Shown: positions 29,732 through 39,538 of the stretch, in pieces | How positions within the stretch are numbered: position 1 is the first letter of the stretch | How the letters are laid out: every line of letters begins with the position of its first letter | Source of the DNA: Candidatus Amphirhobacter sp. | Lineage (GTDB): Bacteria; Pseudomonadota; Gammaproteobacteria; Tethybacterales; Tethybacteraceae | DNA length: 64,000 bases | Direction of reading: 5' to 3' | Assembly (NCBI GenBank): GCA_965222035.1 | Contig: OZ244940.1 | Coordinates: 899,015 to 963,014 of the forward strand | Translations under genes and position numbers: made by a program | The notes under the pieces: model-generated | Databases searched by the model: none | Seen by the model: only the letters and a program-made list of their open reading frames with translations | What the model was told of the DNA's origin: nothing

Positions 29732-30543
29732 CCATGCGCGGCAAGGCCGTCCTGTGCTTCGACGCTGAGACCGTACCCGACGCCGAGCTGCTGCGCCGGT
29801 CGCTGCAGCTGCCGGACGCCAGCGACGCAGAGGTGGTGGACCAGGCCCTGCAGGCGCAGCGGGAGAAAACCGACGGGCGCAGCGATTTCCTGCCGCTGGT
29901 GTTCCACCAGGTGGTCTCGATCAGCGTCGTCTATCGCGCGGGCAGCACCTTCTTGGTCGATTCCAAGTCCACGCCCCTGGCTGAGAAGGAGATCATCAGC
30001 CACTTCTTCCAGTCCATCGCGAGCAAGAACCCCATCCTCGTCAGTTGGAACGGCAGCGGCTTCGATATGCCCATGCTGGTGCTGCGCGCCCTGCGCCACG
30101 GCGTGAACGCCCAGGGCTACTGGACCGGGCCGAGCGACGCGCGCGACTTCAACAAATACATCCGGCGCTACGATGACAAGGGACATCAGGATGTCATGGA
30201 CATCCTCGCGCACTATCAAGCGGGCAACAAGACCAGCCTCGCGAACGCCGCCCTCGCCTGCGACCTGCCCGGCAAGATGGGCTATGAAGGCAGCCAGGTG
30301 CTCGGGCTGCATCGCAGCGGCAAGCACGATGAGATCCGAAACTACTGCGAGATCGACGCGCTCAACACCTATCTGATCTGGCTGCGCCTGCAACTGTCAA
30401 ACGGCGCCCTGGACGCAGAGGCTTACGCGCAGGAAGTCGAGCTGGTCGAAGATTATCTCGGGAGGAACGCCGCCCCGCACCTGCAGGACTTCCTGCGGCA
30501 ATGGCGCGACTACCGCGCCGCGTCCCAGGGCTCGAGCACGTAG
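29728..30543 (+). CDS. PolB-like 3'-5' exonuclease
   Basis: FDAET, LVSWNGSGFD, YCEID DEDD motifs. Confidence 0.85.
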   Translation: MTMRGKAVLCFDAETVPDAELLRRSLQLPDASDAEVVDQALQAQREKTDGRSDFLPLVFHQVVSISVVYRAGSTFLVDSKSTPLAEKEIISHFFQSIASKNPILVSWNGSGFDMPMLVLRALRHGVNAQGYWTGPSDARDFNKYIRRYDDKGHQDVMDILAHYQAGNKTSLANAALACDLPGKMGYEGSQVLGLHRSGKHDEIRNYCEIDALNTYLIWLRLQLSNGALDAEAYAQEVELVEDYLGRNAAPHLQDFLRQWRDYRAASQGSST

Positions 30544-31514
30544 CCCAGGCAGTCCTGCCGGACGAGGCCGGCCTGCGCGACCAGCATCGCGGGCATGAAG
30601 CTGCGCGCCGCCACCAGGTCATCGCCGCTGCGGCGCAGCAGGTCGTTGGACCGCGGCCGCCCCTTGGCGTCGTACAACTCCAGCGCCTCGCCGCCGGCGC
30701 CGTTGTTGAGCTTCGCGAAGACCGTGCCCTCGGCCACCGTCTTGAAGTTGAACAATTGCGGCAGGTTGGCCGGAAAACTTATGTCCGCCCGGCTGTTGCC
30801 AAAACAGATGCTGTGCTCCGGCTTGACCTTCAGGCACCCGCACAGGCGGTGATACTCGCCCGCCGCCGCCGGCACTTGCGCGGTGGCATCGACATAATCA
30901 AGGAAATCCAGCCCCAGGCCGATGCCCTCTTCGCTGCCGGGCAAGCCGCATTCGAGCGTGACCGCTGGATGACGCCGGCCGAAGGCCTCCATGAGCGTCC
31001 CCAGCCTCAGCTCGGTGCCAATGGTCCGGCCGGTGAAAGCCCCCGCCCAGCCGCGGGCGTCGACGAAGCCCTCGCCCTGCATGCACATCGCATAGCAGGG
31101 ATTGAGCCCGTTGTTGTTGTGCAGGTCGATTACCAAGCGCAGCGGCCGGTCCGCGTACTCCTCATAGACCGCATATAGATCGTCCAGCAGCGGCTGATTG
31201 GGCTGGGCGCCCCAGATGCGGTTGAAGTCGACCTGGCTCTTGAGCTGGCGCTCGCCGCGCGCGGCCGCCATCGGATTTGCCAGGAGAAAGACGAAGGCGC
31301 ACTGCGGCTGACGGGCCCCCAGCTGCTGCAGCCAGCGGCGCGCGATCTCCCAGCCGCTGGTCTCGTTGCCGTGCAGCAGCGCGCTGACAAAGACAATCTC
31401 GTCCCCCGTCCCCGGGACCTCCAGCAGCGCCGGGCCATCGAGATAGGCCAGCAGCCGCTCCGCCGGCTGCGCCAGCAGCTCGGCTGGAGGCGGGCTGAGG
31501 CGCCGCAGGCTCAC
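30510..31514 (-). CDS. Succinylglutamate desuccinylase/aspartoacylase (M14) family protein
   Basis: LHGNE, DFNRIW, DLH, TLECG; GTGA overlap with upstream gene. Confidence 0.8.
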   Translation of the reverse strand: MSLRRLSPPPAELLAQPAERLLAYLDGPALLEVPGTGDEIVFVSALLHGNETSGWEIARRWLQQLGARQPQCAFVFLLANPMAAARGERQLKSQVDFNRIWGAQPNQPLLDDLYAVYEEYADRPLRLVIDLHNNNGLNPCYAMCMQGEGFVDARGWAGAFTGRTIGTELRLGTLMEAFGRRHPAVTLECGLPGSEEGIGLGLDFLDYVDATAQVPAAAGEYHRLCGCLKVKPEHSICFGNSRADISFPANLPQLFNFKTVAEGTVFAKLNNGAGGEALELYDAKGRPRSNDLLRRSGDDLVAARSFMPAMLVAQAGLVRQDCLGYVLEPWDAAR

Positions 31515-32965
31515 AAGGACCAACGGTGCACCGGCATGCCCTGCAGCTGCCGGCGCCAGTAACTGCCCGTCAGCCGCCGGATGTTCGCTGAGCCCGCGCC
31601 GTGCGCCTGGACATAGCGCCGCTGCCAGGTCGCGCCGTTGATGCCCGTCGCGATCCGCTGCTCCATGATGTCCAGGTATTCGAGCTCGCGGGGCTCAAGC
31701 CTGAGCTGCTTGAGCTCGCGCCGCGCCAGGGGGAGCAGCTGGTCCAGCAGCAGCTTCTTGACGCTGCGACGGCGCCCGTCGAGCCAGGTCACCTTGGCGT
31801 CCAGGCCGTGCAAGGCGCAAGCGTAGAAATTCGCGCGCGCCTGCGCGCAGGGCAGCTGCCGCTCCAGCTGCGGGCCCTTCAGGCCGGTCCCCAGCTCGCG
31901 TACCAGGCCGCGCATCAGCCCGATGAACAAGGCGATGTTCGCGCACATGTCCGCGCTGCTCGGGCTCGAGGACATCACCCGGTGCTCGATGCGCAGCGCC
32001 GGCGCGCCGTCCTCCTCGAAGTCCAGCACCGGGCGGTTCCAGCGCCAGATGGTGCCGTTGTGCAAACGCAAGTGCGGCAGGCCGTGGCGCGCCTTGCTCA
32101 CTTCGGCGAGCATCACCGCGAAGTACTTGGCGTTGTCCTCATACAGCTCGATCAAGCTGTCGGAGACATAGCTGTGCCCGAAGAAATCGTTGGCGCGCTC
32201 ATCCTGCAGGCCGGGCGCGAGAAACCGCGGTCGCAGGATCTGCTCGAACAGCGGGACGCGGGTCTCGGCCCACAGGTTGCGCCCGAGAAAGAACGGCGAG
32301 TTCGCCGTGGCCGCGGCGATCGGTCCGGCCAGCAGCTGGGCCGCGTTGTAATACTGGACGGCCTGCTTCGCCGGCGGCTGCAGATGCAGCTGCTGCGAAG
32401 TTGTGACCGCTTCCATCAGCACCGTCGACAAGCCCAGCTCCAGGCCGTCGTTCTCCGGAATCAGGATCGAGCTGAAGCGCCCGCCCCGCCAGCGCACGAA
32501 GCGCTCCAGCAAAGCGTGATAGCGCTTGTCGCGGCTCGTCATGGCCGTGCCCAGGTCCGCCGGCGAGATGGTCGGCAGAATGCCCGCCATGACCAGATGG
32601 ACCGACAGAATCTCGGCGACGTTGAAGGCCCGCTGCATGAAATCGACGAAGTCCTGCCGCATGCGCAGGATGAAGCCCGGGGACAGCTCGGTCCGGTGGG
32701 AGTTGTACTCGACGTTGAAGGCCGCCAGCTCCGTCGTCGCCTGCGGACTGTCTAGCTGCTTGAGGAACTTGGCGTTGATCGAGGCCGGCAGGAAAGAATG
32801 GTCCGCCAGGCAGAACTCCACTTCCTGGCCGACATACTGCTTGCGGCTGGAAAACCGTCCTTCGCGTTCCCAGCGCCTGATGGTGGCGGTCTCCCGCAGC
32901 AGCTTGGCCGCGAAGGCCTTCTCATCGGCCTTGCTGTAGCGGCTCTTGGTGGTCTCCTCGCCCAT
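31511..32965 (-). CDS. Glutamate--cysteine ligase family 2 (GCS2)-like carboxylate-amine ligase
   Basis: GQEVE, TELA.FNVE, QLHLQ, NSPF, WRWNRP, RIEHR. Confidence 0.8.
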   Translation of the reverse strand: MGEETTKSRYSKADEKAFAAKLLRETATIRRWEREGRFSSRKQYVGQEVEFCLADHSFLPASINAKFLKQLDSPQATTELAAFNVEYNSHRTELSPGFILRMRQDFVDFMQRAFNVAEILSVHLVMAGILPTISPADLGTAMTSRDKRYHALLERFVRWRGGRFSSILIPENDGLELGLSTVLMEAVTTSQQLHLQPPAKQAVQYYNAAQLLAGPIAAATANSPFFLGRNLWAETRVPLFEQILRPRFLAPGLQDERANDFFGHSYVSDSLIELYEDNAKYFAVMLAEVSKARHGLPHLRLHNGTIWRWNRPVLDFEEDGAPALRIEHRVMSSSPSSADMCANIALFIGLMRGLVRELGTGLKGPQLERQLPCAQARANFYACALHGLDAKVTWLDGRRRSVKKLLLDQLLPLARRELKQLRLEPRELEYLDIMEQRIATGINGATWQRRYVQAHGAGSANIRRLTGSYWRRQLQGMPVHRWSL

Positions 32966-33063
32966 GCGGCAACTATTAGGGTCCCGTCCCGGTCAAGCAG
33001 GGAATGAAAATAAGATGGAACTAGCGGCCGGCGTATGCGGCCGCGCGGAGTTTCAGCGAGTTG

Positions 33064-33792
33064 TTATTCGCGCCCGCCGAAGGCCATCAGCAGATGCAGC
33101 AGCGACTGGAAGATGTTGAACAGCATGATGAAGATCGTCATCGCCGCCATGATGTAGTTGGTCTCGCCGCCGCGTACGATCGAGTTGATCGTGAACACGA
33201 TGTAGGCCGAGGCCAGCGGGATGAAGATCGCCGAAAGCGCCAGGCTGATAACGCTCAGGCCGAAGGCCATGCCGATTATTCCCATGATGAAGGCCATCCA
33301 GATGCCAATGAACAGCGTCTTGCCCACGCCCGGCGTCGCGAAGTTGCGGCTGGTCACCGTGGCGTAGCCCGCCAGCAGGAAGAACATCGCCGCGGTCCCG
33401 CCGAAGGCGATCGCGATCATGTCCACGCCATTGCTGAAGCTCAGGGCCACCAGCAGCATCGGGCCGATCATGTACCCCAGGAACAGGGTGAAGGCCAGCA
33501 TCCAGAAGACGCCCATGAAGCTGTTGCGATTGCCCATCACGAGGAACTGGAAACCGAACATGCCAGCCAGGAAGATGCCGAAATAGCCCCAGAAGCCGAC
33601 GTAGAGGACCAGCGGGAAGGCAACGCCGAGCGCGGCGCCGACCACCGTCGGCAGCATCGAGAGCGCCAGCAGCAGGTAGGTGTTGCGCAGTACCTTGCGG
33701 GCGCTGTCCGACAGGACGCCGGGCAGGTGGAATTCGTCCGCAGCGTAGGTGGGACCAGTGCGGCTGTTGGAATGAGGGAAGTCAGTAGGCAT
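33064..33792 (-). CDS. Bax inhibitor-1/YccA family membrane protein
   Basis: VLRNTYLLLA, GGETNYI. Confidence 0.9.
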   Translation of the reverse strand: MPTDFPHSNSRTGPTYAADEFHLPGVLSDSARKVLRNTYLLLALSMLPTVVGAALGVAFPLVLYVGFWGYFGIFLAGMFGFQFLVMGNRNSFMGVFWMLAFTLFLGYMIGPMLLVALSFSNGVDMIAIAFGGTAAMFFLLAGYATVTSRNFATPGVGKTLFIGIWMAFIMGIIGMAFGLSVISLALSAIFIPLASAYIVFTINSIVRGGETNYIMAAMTIFIMLFNIFQSLLHLLMAFGGRE

Positions 33793-33845
33793 AGTTCAAT
33801 AACCCGGTGATGTTTTCCTGCCCATAATTATAAACCGATTTGCTC

Positions 33846-34550
33846 CTAGCACAAGTCCCGCCGCCGGACGGCCAGCAGCGCCCGGGCGGCCGCCAGGTCG
33901 GCCGGAGCCGTGATTTTGGGGTTCGGATGCGCGCTGGGGACCAGCAGCGGGCGCCAGCCGCAGCGCTCGAGCACCTGGGCCTCGTCGGTGGCATCGGGAT
34001 GGGCCCGCAGGGCCGCCAGCAGGGCTTCCAGCGGGGCCGCCTGCGGGGTCTGGGCCCGGTACAGCTCGGCGCGGTCCAGCGTCGCGACCACCTCCCCGCC
34101 CTTCACCCGCTTGACGGTGTCGGTCATCGGCGCGCCCAGCAGGGCCGGCTGCTCCCGCTCCGCGACCGTCGCCAGCAGCCGCTCCAGGTCGGCCGGATGC
34201 AGGCAGGGCCGGGCCGCGTCGTGGACCAGCACCCAGGCGGGCGGCGACGCGGCCTTCGCCAGCAACTCGCAGGCCGCCAGCACCGTCCGCCCGCGCTTGT
34301 CCGCCCCGCAGGGCAGCAGCCGCAGCGGGACGTCCAGTTCCTGCTGGGCGCGGTCGACCGCCTTTGCGGCGGCCGCATCGCCGGCCGCGGCGGCCACATG
34401 GACCGCGGCGATCTCCGGCTGGCCAGCGAAACAGCGGATGCTGCGCTCGAGCACGGTCATGCCGCCGAGGGCGCGGTGCTGCTTGGGCGTCTTGCCGCCG
34501 AAGCGCGCGCCGGAGCCGGCGGCGGCGATGATGACGGCGAAATCAGGCAT
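33846..34550 (-). CDS. ispD: 2-C-methyl-D-erythritol 4-phosphate cytidylyltransferase
   Basis: AAGSGARFG..PKQ, VHDAARP, AQTPQ, KIT..DL. Confidence 0.92.
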   Translation of the reverse strand: MPDFAVIIAAAGSGARFGGKTPKQHRALGGMTVLERSIRCFAGQPEIAAVHVAAAAGDAAAAKAVDRAQQELDVPLRLLPCGADKRGRTVLAACELLAKAASPPAWVLVHDAARPCLHPADLERLLATVAEREQPALLGAPMTDTVKRVKGGEVVATLDRAELYRAQTPQAAPLEALLAALRAHPDATDEAQVLERCGWRPLLVPSAHPNPKITAPADLAAARALLAVRRRDLC

Positions 34551-34610
34551 GGCGACTTACAATTTACCTAGGAAAGCGCGGCGCGCGCGGGCCGAATGTA
34601 TTTTACGTAG

Positions 34611-36119
34611 ATGAATTTGCTCCGCCTCGCCACCATCGCCTCCACGACGTTCCGCTTCGGTCTCGACGAGATCATCGCGAGCTCCTGGCCCGCGGCCTGG
34701 TTCGCGCGGCTGTGGTACATGCTGTTCTTCTGGCGCACCTATGCCGCGCCGCGCGGCGTGCGCCTGCGACAGGCGCTCGAGGACCTGGGGCCGATCTTCG
34801 TCAAGTTCGGGCAGCAGCTGTCGACCCGCCAGGACATCCTGCCCGCCGACATCGCCAGCGAGCTCGCCAAGCTGCAGGACCGCGTCCAGCCGCAGCCCTT
34901 CGCGCTGATCCACGCGCAGCTGGCCGCGTCCTACGAGCGGCCGCTGGAGGAGATCTTCGAACACATCGAGCCCGAGCCGCTGGGCTCGGCCTCGGTCGCC
35001 CAAGTCCATAAGGCCCGGCTGCTCGATGGGCGGACGGTGGCGGTCAAGGTATTGCGCCCGCAGATCCGCGCCCAGGTCGAGCGCGACATCGATCTCATGC
35101 AGAGCTTCGCCTGGCTGACCGAGAAGCTCTACAAGTACGGCCGCCACATGAAGATCCGCGCCCTGGTCCATGAATTCGACAAGAGCCTGCGCCAGGAGAC
35201 CGACCTGCTGCATGAGGCCGCCAACTGCAACCAGGTGCGGCGCAACTTCGCCGGCCATCCCATGCTGCGCATTCCCGAGGTGTACTGGGACCAATGCAAC
35301 GCCAACGTCATGGTCATGGAGCTGCTGCTCGGGACCCCGGTCGACCAGATCGACGCGCTGCGCGAGCGCGGCATCGACCTCGCCAAGCTCGCATCCACCG
35401 GCATCGAGGTCTTCTTCACCCAGGTCTTCCGCGACAGTTTCTTTCACGCCGACATGCATCCGGGCAACATCCACGTCGACGACGAGGGCCGCTTCATCGT
35501 CCTGGACTTCGGCATCATGGGCAGCCTCGAGGACCACGACAAGGAGTATATCGGCGCGAATTTCCTCGCCTTCTTCAACCGCGACTACCGCCGGGTCGCG
35601 GTCATGCATGTGGAAGCCGGCTGGACCCCGCCGGACATCTCGATCACCGAGTTCGAGGCGGAGATCCGCGCCGTCTGCGAGCCCATCTTCGCGCGGCCCC
35701 TGCAGGAGATCTCCTTCGGGCGGCTGCTGCTGCAGCTGATCAACGCGGCGCGCAAGCTCAACCTGATTGTCCAGCCGCAGCTGATCCTGCTGCAGAAGAC
35801 CCTGCTGAACATCGAGGGCATCGGCCGGCAGCTCGCGCCGGAGCTCAATTTGTGGGACAAGGCCAAGCCCATCCTCGAGGACTGGGCCAAGGAGCAGAAC
35901 TCGCCCAAGCGGATCGCAAGCATCATGCGCGCGAACGCGCCCTCGATGATTTCCCTGCTGCCGGACCTGCCCGTCGCCCTGCGGCGGCACGTCCGCGGCA
36001 TGCGCGGCGAGGACGCCGCCCGGGCGGAAGAGACCGCGCGCCTGCATCGATCCAACCGCCGGCTGGGCTGGGCGCTGGCCATCGCCGTCATCCTGCTGCT
36101 GGGGTTCGGCCTTGGCTAA
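34611..36119 (+). CDS. ubiB: Ubiquinone biosynthesis regulatory kinase UbiB
   Basis: LGPIFVKFGQ, ASVAQVH, FFHADMHPGN, DFG. Confidence 0.95.
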   Translation: MNLLRLATIASTTFRFGLDEIIASSWPAAWFARLWYMLFFWRTYAAPRGVRLRQALEDLGPIFVKFGQQLSTRQDILPADIASELAKLQDRVQPQPFALIHAQLAASYERPLEEIFEHIEPEPLGSASVAQVHKARLLDGRTVAVKVLRPQIRAQVERDIDLMQSFAWLTEKLYKYGRHMKIRALVHEFDKSLRQETDLLHEAANCNQVRRNFAGHPMLRIPEVYWDQCNANVMVMELLLGTPVDQIDALRERGIDLAKLASTGIEVFFTQVFRDSFFHADMHPGNIHVDDEGRFIVLDFGIMGSLEDHDKEYIGANFLAFFNRDYRRVAVMHVEAGWTPPDISITEFEAEIRAVCEPIFARPLQEISFGRLLLQLINAARKLNLIVQPQLILLQKTLLNIEGIGRQLAPELNLWDKAKPILEDWAKEQNSPKRIASIMRANAPSMISLLPDLPVALRRHVRGMRGEDAARAEETARLHRSNRRLGWALAIAVILLLGFGLG

Positions 36120-37002
36120 GCTGCGCATCGCGACCCGCCGCAGCCGGCTGGCGCTCGCCCAGGCGCAGCAGGCGCAGCAGCGCCTCGCTCGCGCCCATCC
36201 GGAGCTTGAGACCGAGCTGGTGCCCCTGGCATGCGACGGGGACGGCGGGGCCACCGGCGGCAAGGATTTGTACACCGCCAGCCTGCGCGCCGCCATCCGC
36301 GGCGGGGACGCCGACTGCGCCTGCCATTCGCTCAAGGATGTCGAGGATGAAGACGGCTGGATGATCGCCGCCTGTTTGCCGCGCGCCGACCATCGCGAGG
36401 CCCTCGTCGGCCTGGACCTGGCGCGCCTGCTCGAGCGCGAGCGCCCGCGCGTCGGGGCCGCGAGCCTGCGGCGCCAGGCGCAGCTGCGCCGCGCCCTGCC
36501 CCGGGCCACGGCGGTGGAAGTACGCGGCAACATCGATACCAGGCTGCAAAAGCTTGAAGACGGCGCGGCCGACGCCCTGCTGCTGGCATGCGCCGGCCTC
36601 GAGCGCCTGGGCTGGGCGGACCGCATCGCCGAGCGCCTCGACCCCGACGCCTTCCTGCCGCCGCCGGGCCAGGGCACCGTGGTGCTCGAGTGCCGCAGCG
36701 ACAGCGAGCACGCCGACCTGCTCAGCGGCGCCGACGACCCTGACGCCCGGCGCATGGCCGAGGCCGAGCGCGCCTGCGCCCGGACGATTGACGGCGACTG
36801 CCAGACGCCGCTCGGGGCCCTCGCCCGCCTGCGGGACGATGGCACGGTCGAGGTCTGCTGCGAGCTCAGCGGCCCGGAACGCAGCGCCACCGGCGCCGCC
36901 ACCGGCTCCGATCCCCAGGCAGCGGGTACGAGCGCCGCCGAGCGCATGCTCGCAGCCGGCGGCCGGGAACTGCTCGCCGCCCTGCGCAACGCCGCCGCAT
37001 GA
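36112..37002 (+). CDS. hemC: Hydroxymethylbilane synthase
   Basis: IATRRS.LA, HSLKD, RGNIDTRL, GDCQTP cofactor Cys. Confidence 0.92.
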   Translation: MAKLRIATRRSRLALAQAQQAQQRLARAHPELETELVPLACDGDGGATGGKDLYTASLRAAIRGGDADCACHSLKDVEDEDGWMIAACLPRADHREALVGLDLARLLERERPRVGAASLRRQAQLRRALPRATAVEVRGNIDTRLQKLEDGAADALLLACAGLERLGWADRIAERLDPDAFLPPPGQGTVVLECRSDSEHADLLSGADDPDARRMAEAERACARTIDGDCQTPLGALARLRDDGTVEVCCELSGPERSATGAATGSDPQAAGTSAAERMLAAGGRELLAALRNAAA

Positions 37003-37766
37003 GCAAGGAAACAGTCGTCATGCTCTTGCGCGACACCGCGCGCACCGAGCGGCTGCGCGCGCAAGTGCGGCAGCGCGGCGGGCGCGCCTTCTGCCTGCCG
37101 ATGTTCCGTTTCGTGCCCGTCTACGACTGCGCCGAGGCCCTGGCGTACCTGCGCGCGCCGCAGCCGTTCGCCTGGACGGTCTTCGCCAGTCCCAACGGCG
37201 TCAAGGCTCTGCACAGCATCGCGATGCGCAACGCCATGCGGCTGCCCCTCAACAACGCCTGCGCCGCGCCCGGCCAGGGCACCCGCGCGGCGCTGGTCGC
37301 CAAGGGCTTCCGCAATGTGGTCGCCGGGCCCGGCTCCAGCGACCTGGGCTCTTTGCTGCGCTCCCGGGCCCTCGGCGATCTCAGGGGCAAGCAGGTCGCG
37401 CTGGTCCAGCGGCGCGACGCGCCGGACCGCGCGACGGCTGCCCTGCGCAAGCGCGGCGCCAAGGCGGTGCTCGAGATAGCCTGCTATCAGCGGCAGCCCT
37501 GCGCCGACGATACCTGGATCAAGCTCAACGCCGACCTGCGACGCGACTGCAACGCGGCCATCGCTTTTGACGCGCCCTCGCTGGAAGTACTCCTCGAGCG
37601 CAGCGGGGACGATCGCGCCGCGCGCCTGGCCCAGCCGCTGGCGGTCATTCACCCCACCATCGCCGCCAAAGCCGCCGAAATGGGCTTTACAAATATAATT
37701 GTTTCTGACGACAGCAGCGAAATCGTGAACAAACTGATGCAGAAGGTCGAGGGGATGCCATCATAA
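36999..37766 (+). CDS. hemD: Uroporphyrinogen-III synthase
   Basis: Follows hemC with ATGA overlap; FASPNGV, CY.R. Confidence 0.8.
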   Translation: MSKETVVMLLRDTARTERLRAQVRQRGGRAFCLPMFRFVPVYDCAEALAYLRAPQPFAWTVFASPNGVKALHSIAMRNAMRLPLNNACAAPGQGTRAALVAKGFRNVVAGPGSSDLGSLLRSRALGDLRGKQVALVQRRDAPDRATAALRKRGAKAVLEIACYQRQPCADDTWIKLNADLRRDCNAAIAFDAPSLEVLLERSGDDRAARLAQPLAVIHPTIAAKAAEMGFTNIIVSDDSSEIVNKLMQKVEGMPS

Positions 37767-38806
37767 GCACGGAACAGGACCAGCCGCCCAGCGAGCCCGC
37801 CGCGGCAGCGACGCCCCAGCCTGAGCCCCCAGAGGCCCCGGCCCCGCGCAAGCGCGGCCGCTGGCTCGGCAAGCTGATCAACCTGGCGATCGTAATCGCG
37901 ATCGGCGCTGGCTTCTACGCCTACATCCAAGGAGATCTCGATCCGGCGCTTGAATTCATCTTCGGGCCGGACGCGATTGAGCCGCAGCCCACCATCATCG
38001 CCGCGCCGCCGGAGACCCCAGCCGTACCCGTCGGCCCGGAAACGGAAGAGATCATGCTGGAACCGTCCGTCGCGGACACGTACAGCAGCGCCGACCAGAT
38101 GGCCCTCATCACCCAGCTCGAGAACACGCAGAGCCGCGTCCAGAGCCTGGAGCGCGACACCCGCACCCTGCTCGGCATCGTCGAGGACCTCGGCGCCCAA
38201 GTCGGCCGGCGGAACTTTGAGGACGGCAGCGGGGTTTCGGCCCAGCAGCTGCTGCCGATGCAGCTCGAGATCGTCAACCTGCGCCTGCAGCTCGATGGCG
38301 ACACCCGCGCCGCCGACGCCGAGCTCGAGCAGCTAGCGGCGCAGGCCGGGCCCAACACCCAGCTCGCGCAGCTGATCGACGCCAACCGCCTGCGGCTGGC
38401 TTCGATGCAGCCCAGGACGCGGCTGCTCGCCCTCATCGACGATTTCAGCAACGAGGCCCGCCGCGCGCATGCGATCGCGGCCGGCAAGGTCGAGGCCCAT
38501 CGCAGCAGCGGCGAGCAGGATGGTTCGCTGCTGGGACGCATCTTCGCGATCCAGCGCGAGAGCCCAACCCTGACCCAGGCGCTCGCCAATCACGAGCGCT
38601 TGCTAAGCAGCGGCGCCGACTTGCGCACGCAGCTGCTGGTCAAGGACGAAGCCAGTTACCTGAAGACCATTGATGGCATCCAGCAGCTGCTGGGCGCCAT
38701 GCGCCAGCAGGATCCCGCCTCGGTCGAGCTGGTGGCGCTGGCCAAGTTCGCCGGCGAGCTGGCGGCCGAGGGCTATCCCCGCTACCGCCTGCGCCTGGAG
38801 CAGTAG
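37763..38806 (+). CDS. hemX: HemX-like membrane-anchored coiled-coil protein (probable ATA start)
   Basis: Synteny after hemD; frame open from 37709 with a Pro-rich linker and TM helix upstream of the first ATG (38054). Confidence 0.6.
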   Translation: MSTEQDQPPSEPAAAATPQPEPPEAPAPRKRGRWLGKLINLAIVIAIGAGFYAYIQGDLDPALEFIFGPDAIEPQPTIIAAPPETPAVPVGPETEEIMLEPSVADTYSSADQMALITQLENTQSRVQSLERDTRTLLGIVEDLGAQVGRRNFEDGSGVSAQQLLPMQLEIVNLRLQLDGDTRAADAELEQLAAQAGPNTQLAQLIDANRLRLASMQPRTRLLALIDDFSNEARRAHAIAAGKVEAHRSSGEQDGSLLGRIFAIQRESPTLTQALANHERLLSSGADLRTQLLVKDEASYLKTIDGIQQLLGAMRQQDPASVELVALAKFAGELAAEGYPRYRLRLEQ

Positions 38807-38807
38807 C

Positions 38808-39428
38808 ATGCGGCCATCTAGATTCCAGCAGCGTTTCTGGGGGATTGTGGCGGTGTGCGCCTTCGTCTGGATCAATTGGTTGGCGAGGACTGATCCCTGG
38901 ATCAAGCTGGAGGTGGGAGCGGGCGCCGGCATGGTGGCGTGGTTTTTCTTCTGGAACATATGGCTGCGAAGCAGGCCCCACCAGCTGGGAACGACGCTGA
39001 TGATGGCTGGCACCCTGGTCTTTTTCATCAGCTTGCCTATGCTGGCCGCATGGCAAATGACGACTGGATGGCCAGCGCTGGCAGGAGCCGGCATCACCAT
39101 CACCATGGGGTGGATCGTCAGCTGGGTATGGTGCTTCCATAAGCGCAAGAGCAAGAAAGGCGCGGTGGCCCTGATGATCACCAGCGTGGGGATGGCCATC
39201 TTCATCTGCATGACAATCCCTTTCGTCATGCACACCCTGCCTGAAGTCACCTGGCCCGAAGCAATCACAACAATGATCTTGTGGCTTTATTTAGGCCTTA
39301 TAGTCATAGGTGTTCCCTTGCTGCTGGCATTGGCCGCGATCGTATTGCCCATCCGGCTCTGGCGGATGTCCAAGCGCGGCCAACAAATCCAGCCTCACGG
39401 CTTCAGCCAAGGAATAGGAGGAAGTTAG
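38808..39428 (+). CDS. Hypothetical Trp-rich multi-pass membrane protein
   Basis: ATG 1 nt after hemX stop; ~6 hydrophobic segments. Confidence 0.6.
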   Translation: MRPSRFQQRFWGIVAVCAFVWINWLARTDPWIKLEVGAGAGMVAWFFFWNIWLRSRPHQLGTTLMMAGTLVFFISLPMLAAWQMTTGWPALAGAGITITMGWIVSWVWCFHKRKSKKGAVALMITSVGMAIFICMTIPFVMHTLPEVTWPEAITTMILWLYLGLIVIGVPLLLALAAIVLPIRLWRMSKRGQQIQPHGFSQGIGGS

Positions 39429-39538
39429 TTTGCAATTAGAGTGACGTGGGCCATCGGGCTGCGCTGCTGCGGCCTGCAGGATGTGGCAACGGAGGACAAT
39501 CGAATTGTCCCTCAATCTAAGACCGGCATGAGAAGGAC

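Noticed and set aside
36112-37002. HemC with a shortened loop and unusual substitutions as a possible pseudogene
   Set aside because: Frame intact; catalytic Asp (HSLKD), Arg residues and cofactor Cys retained
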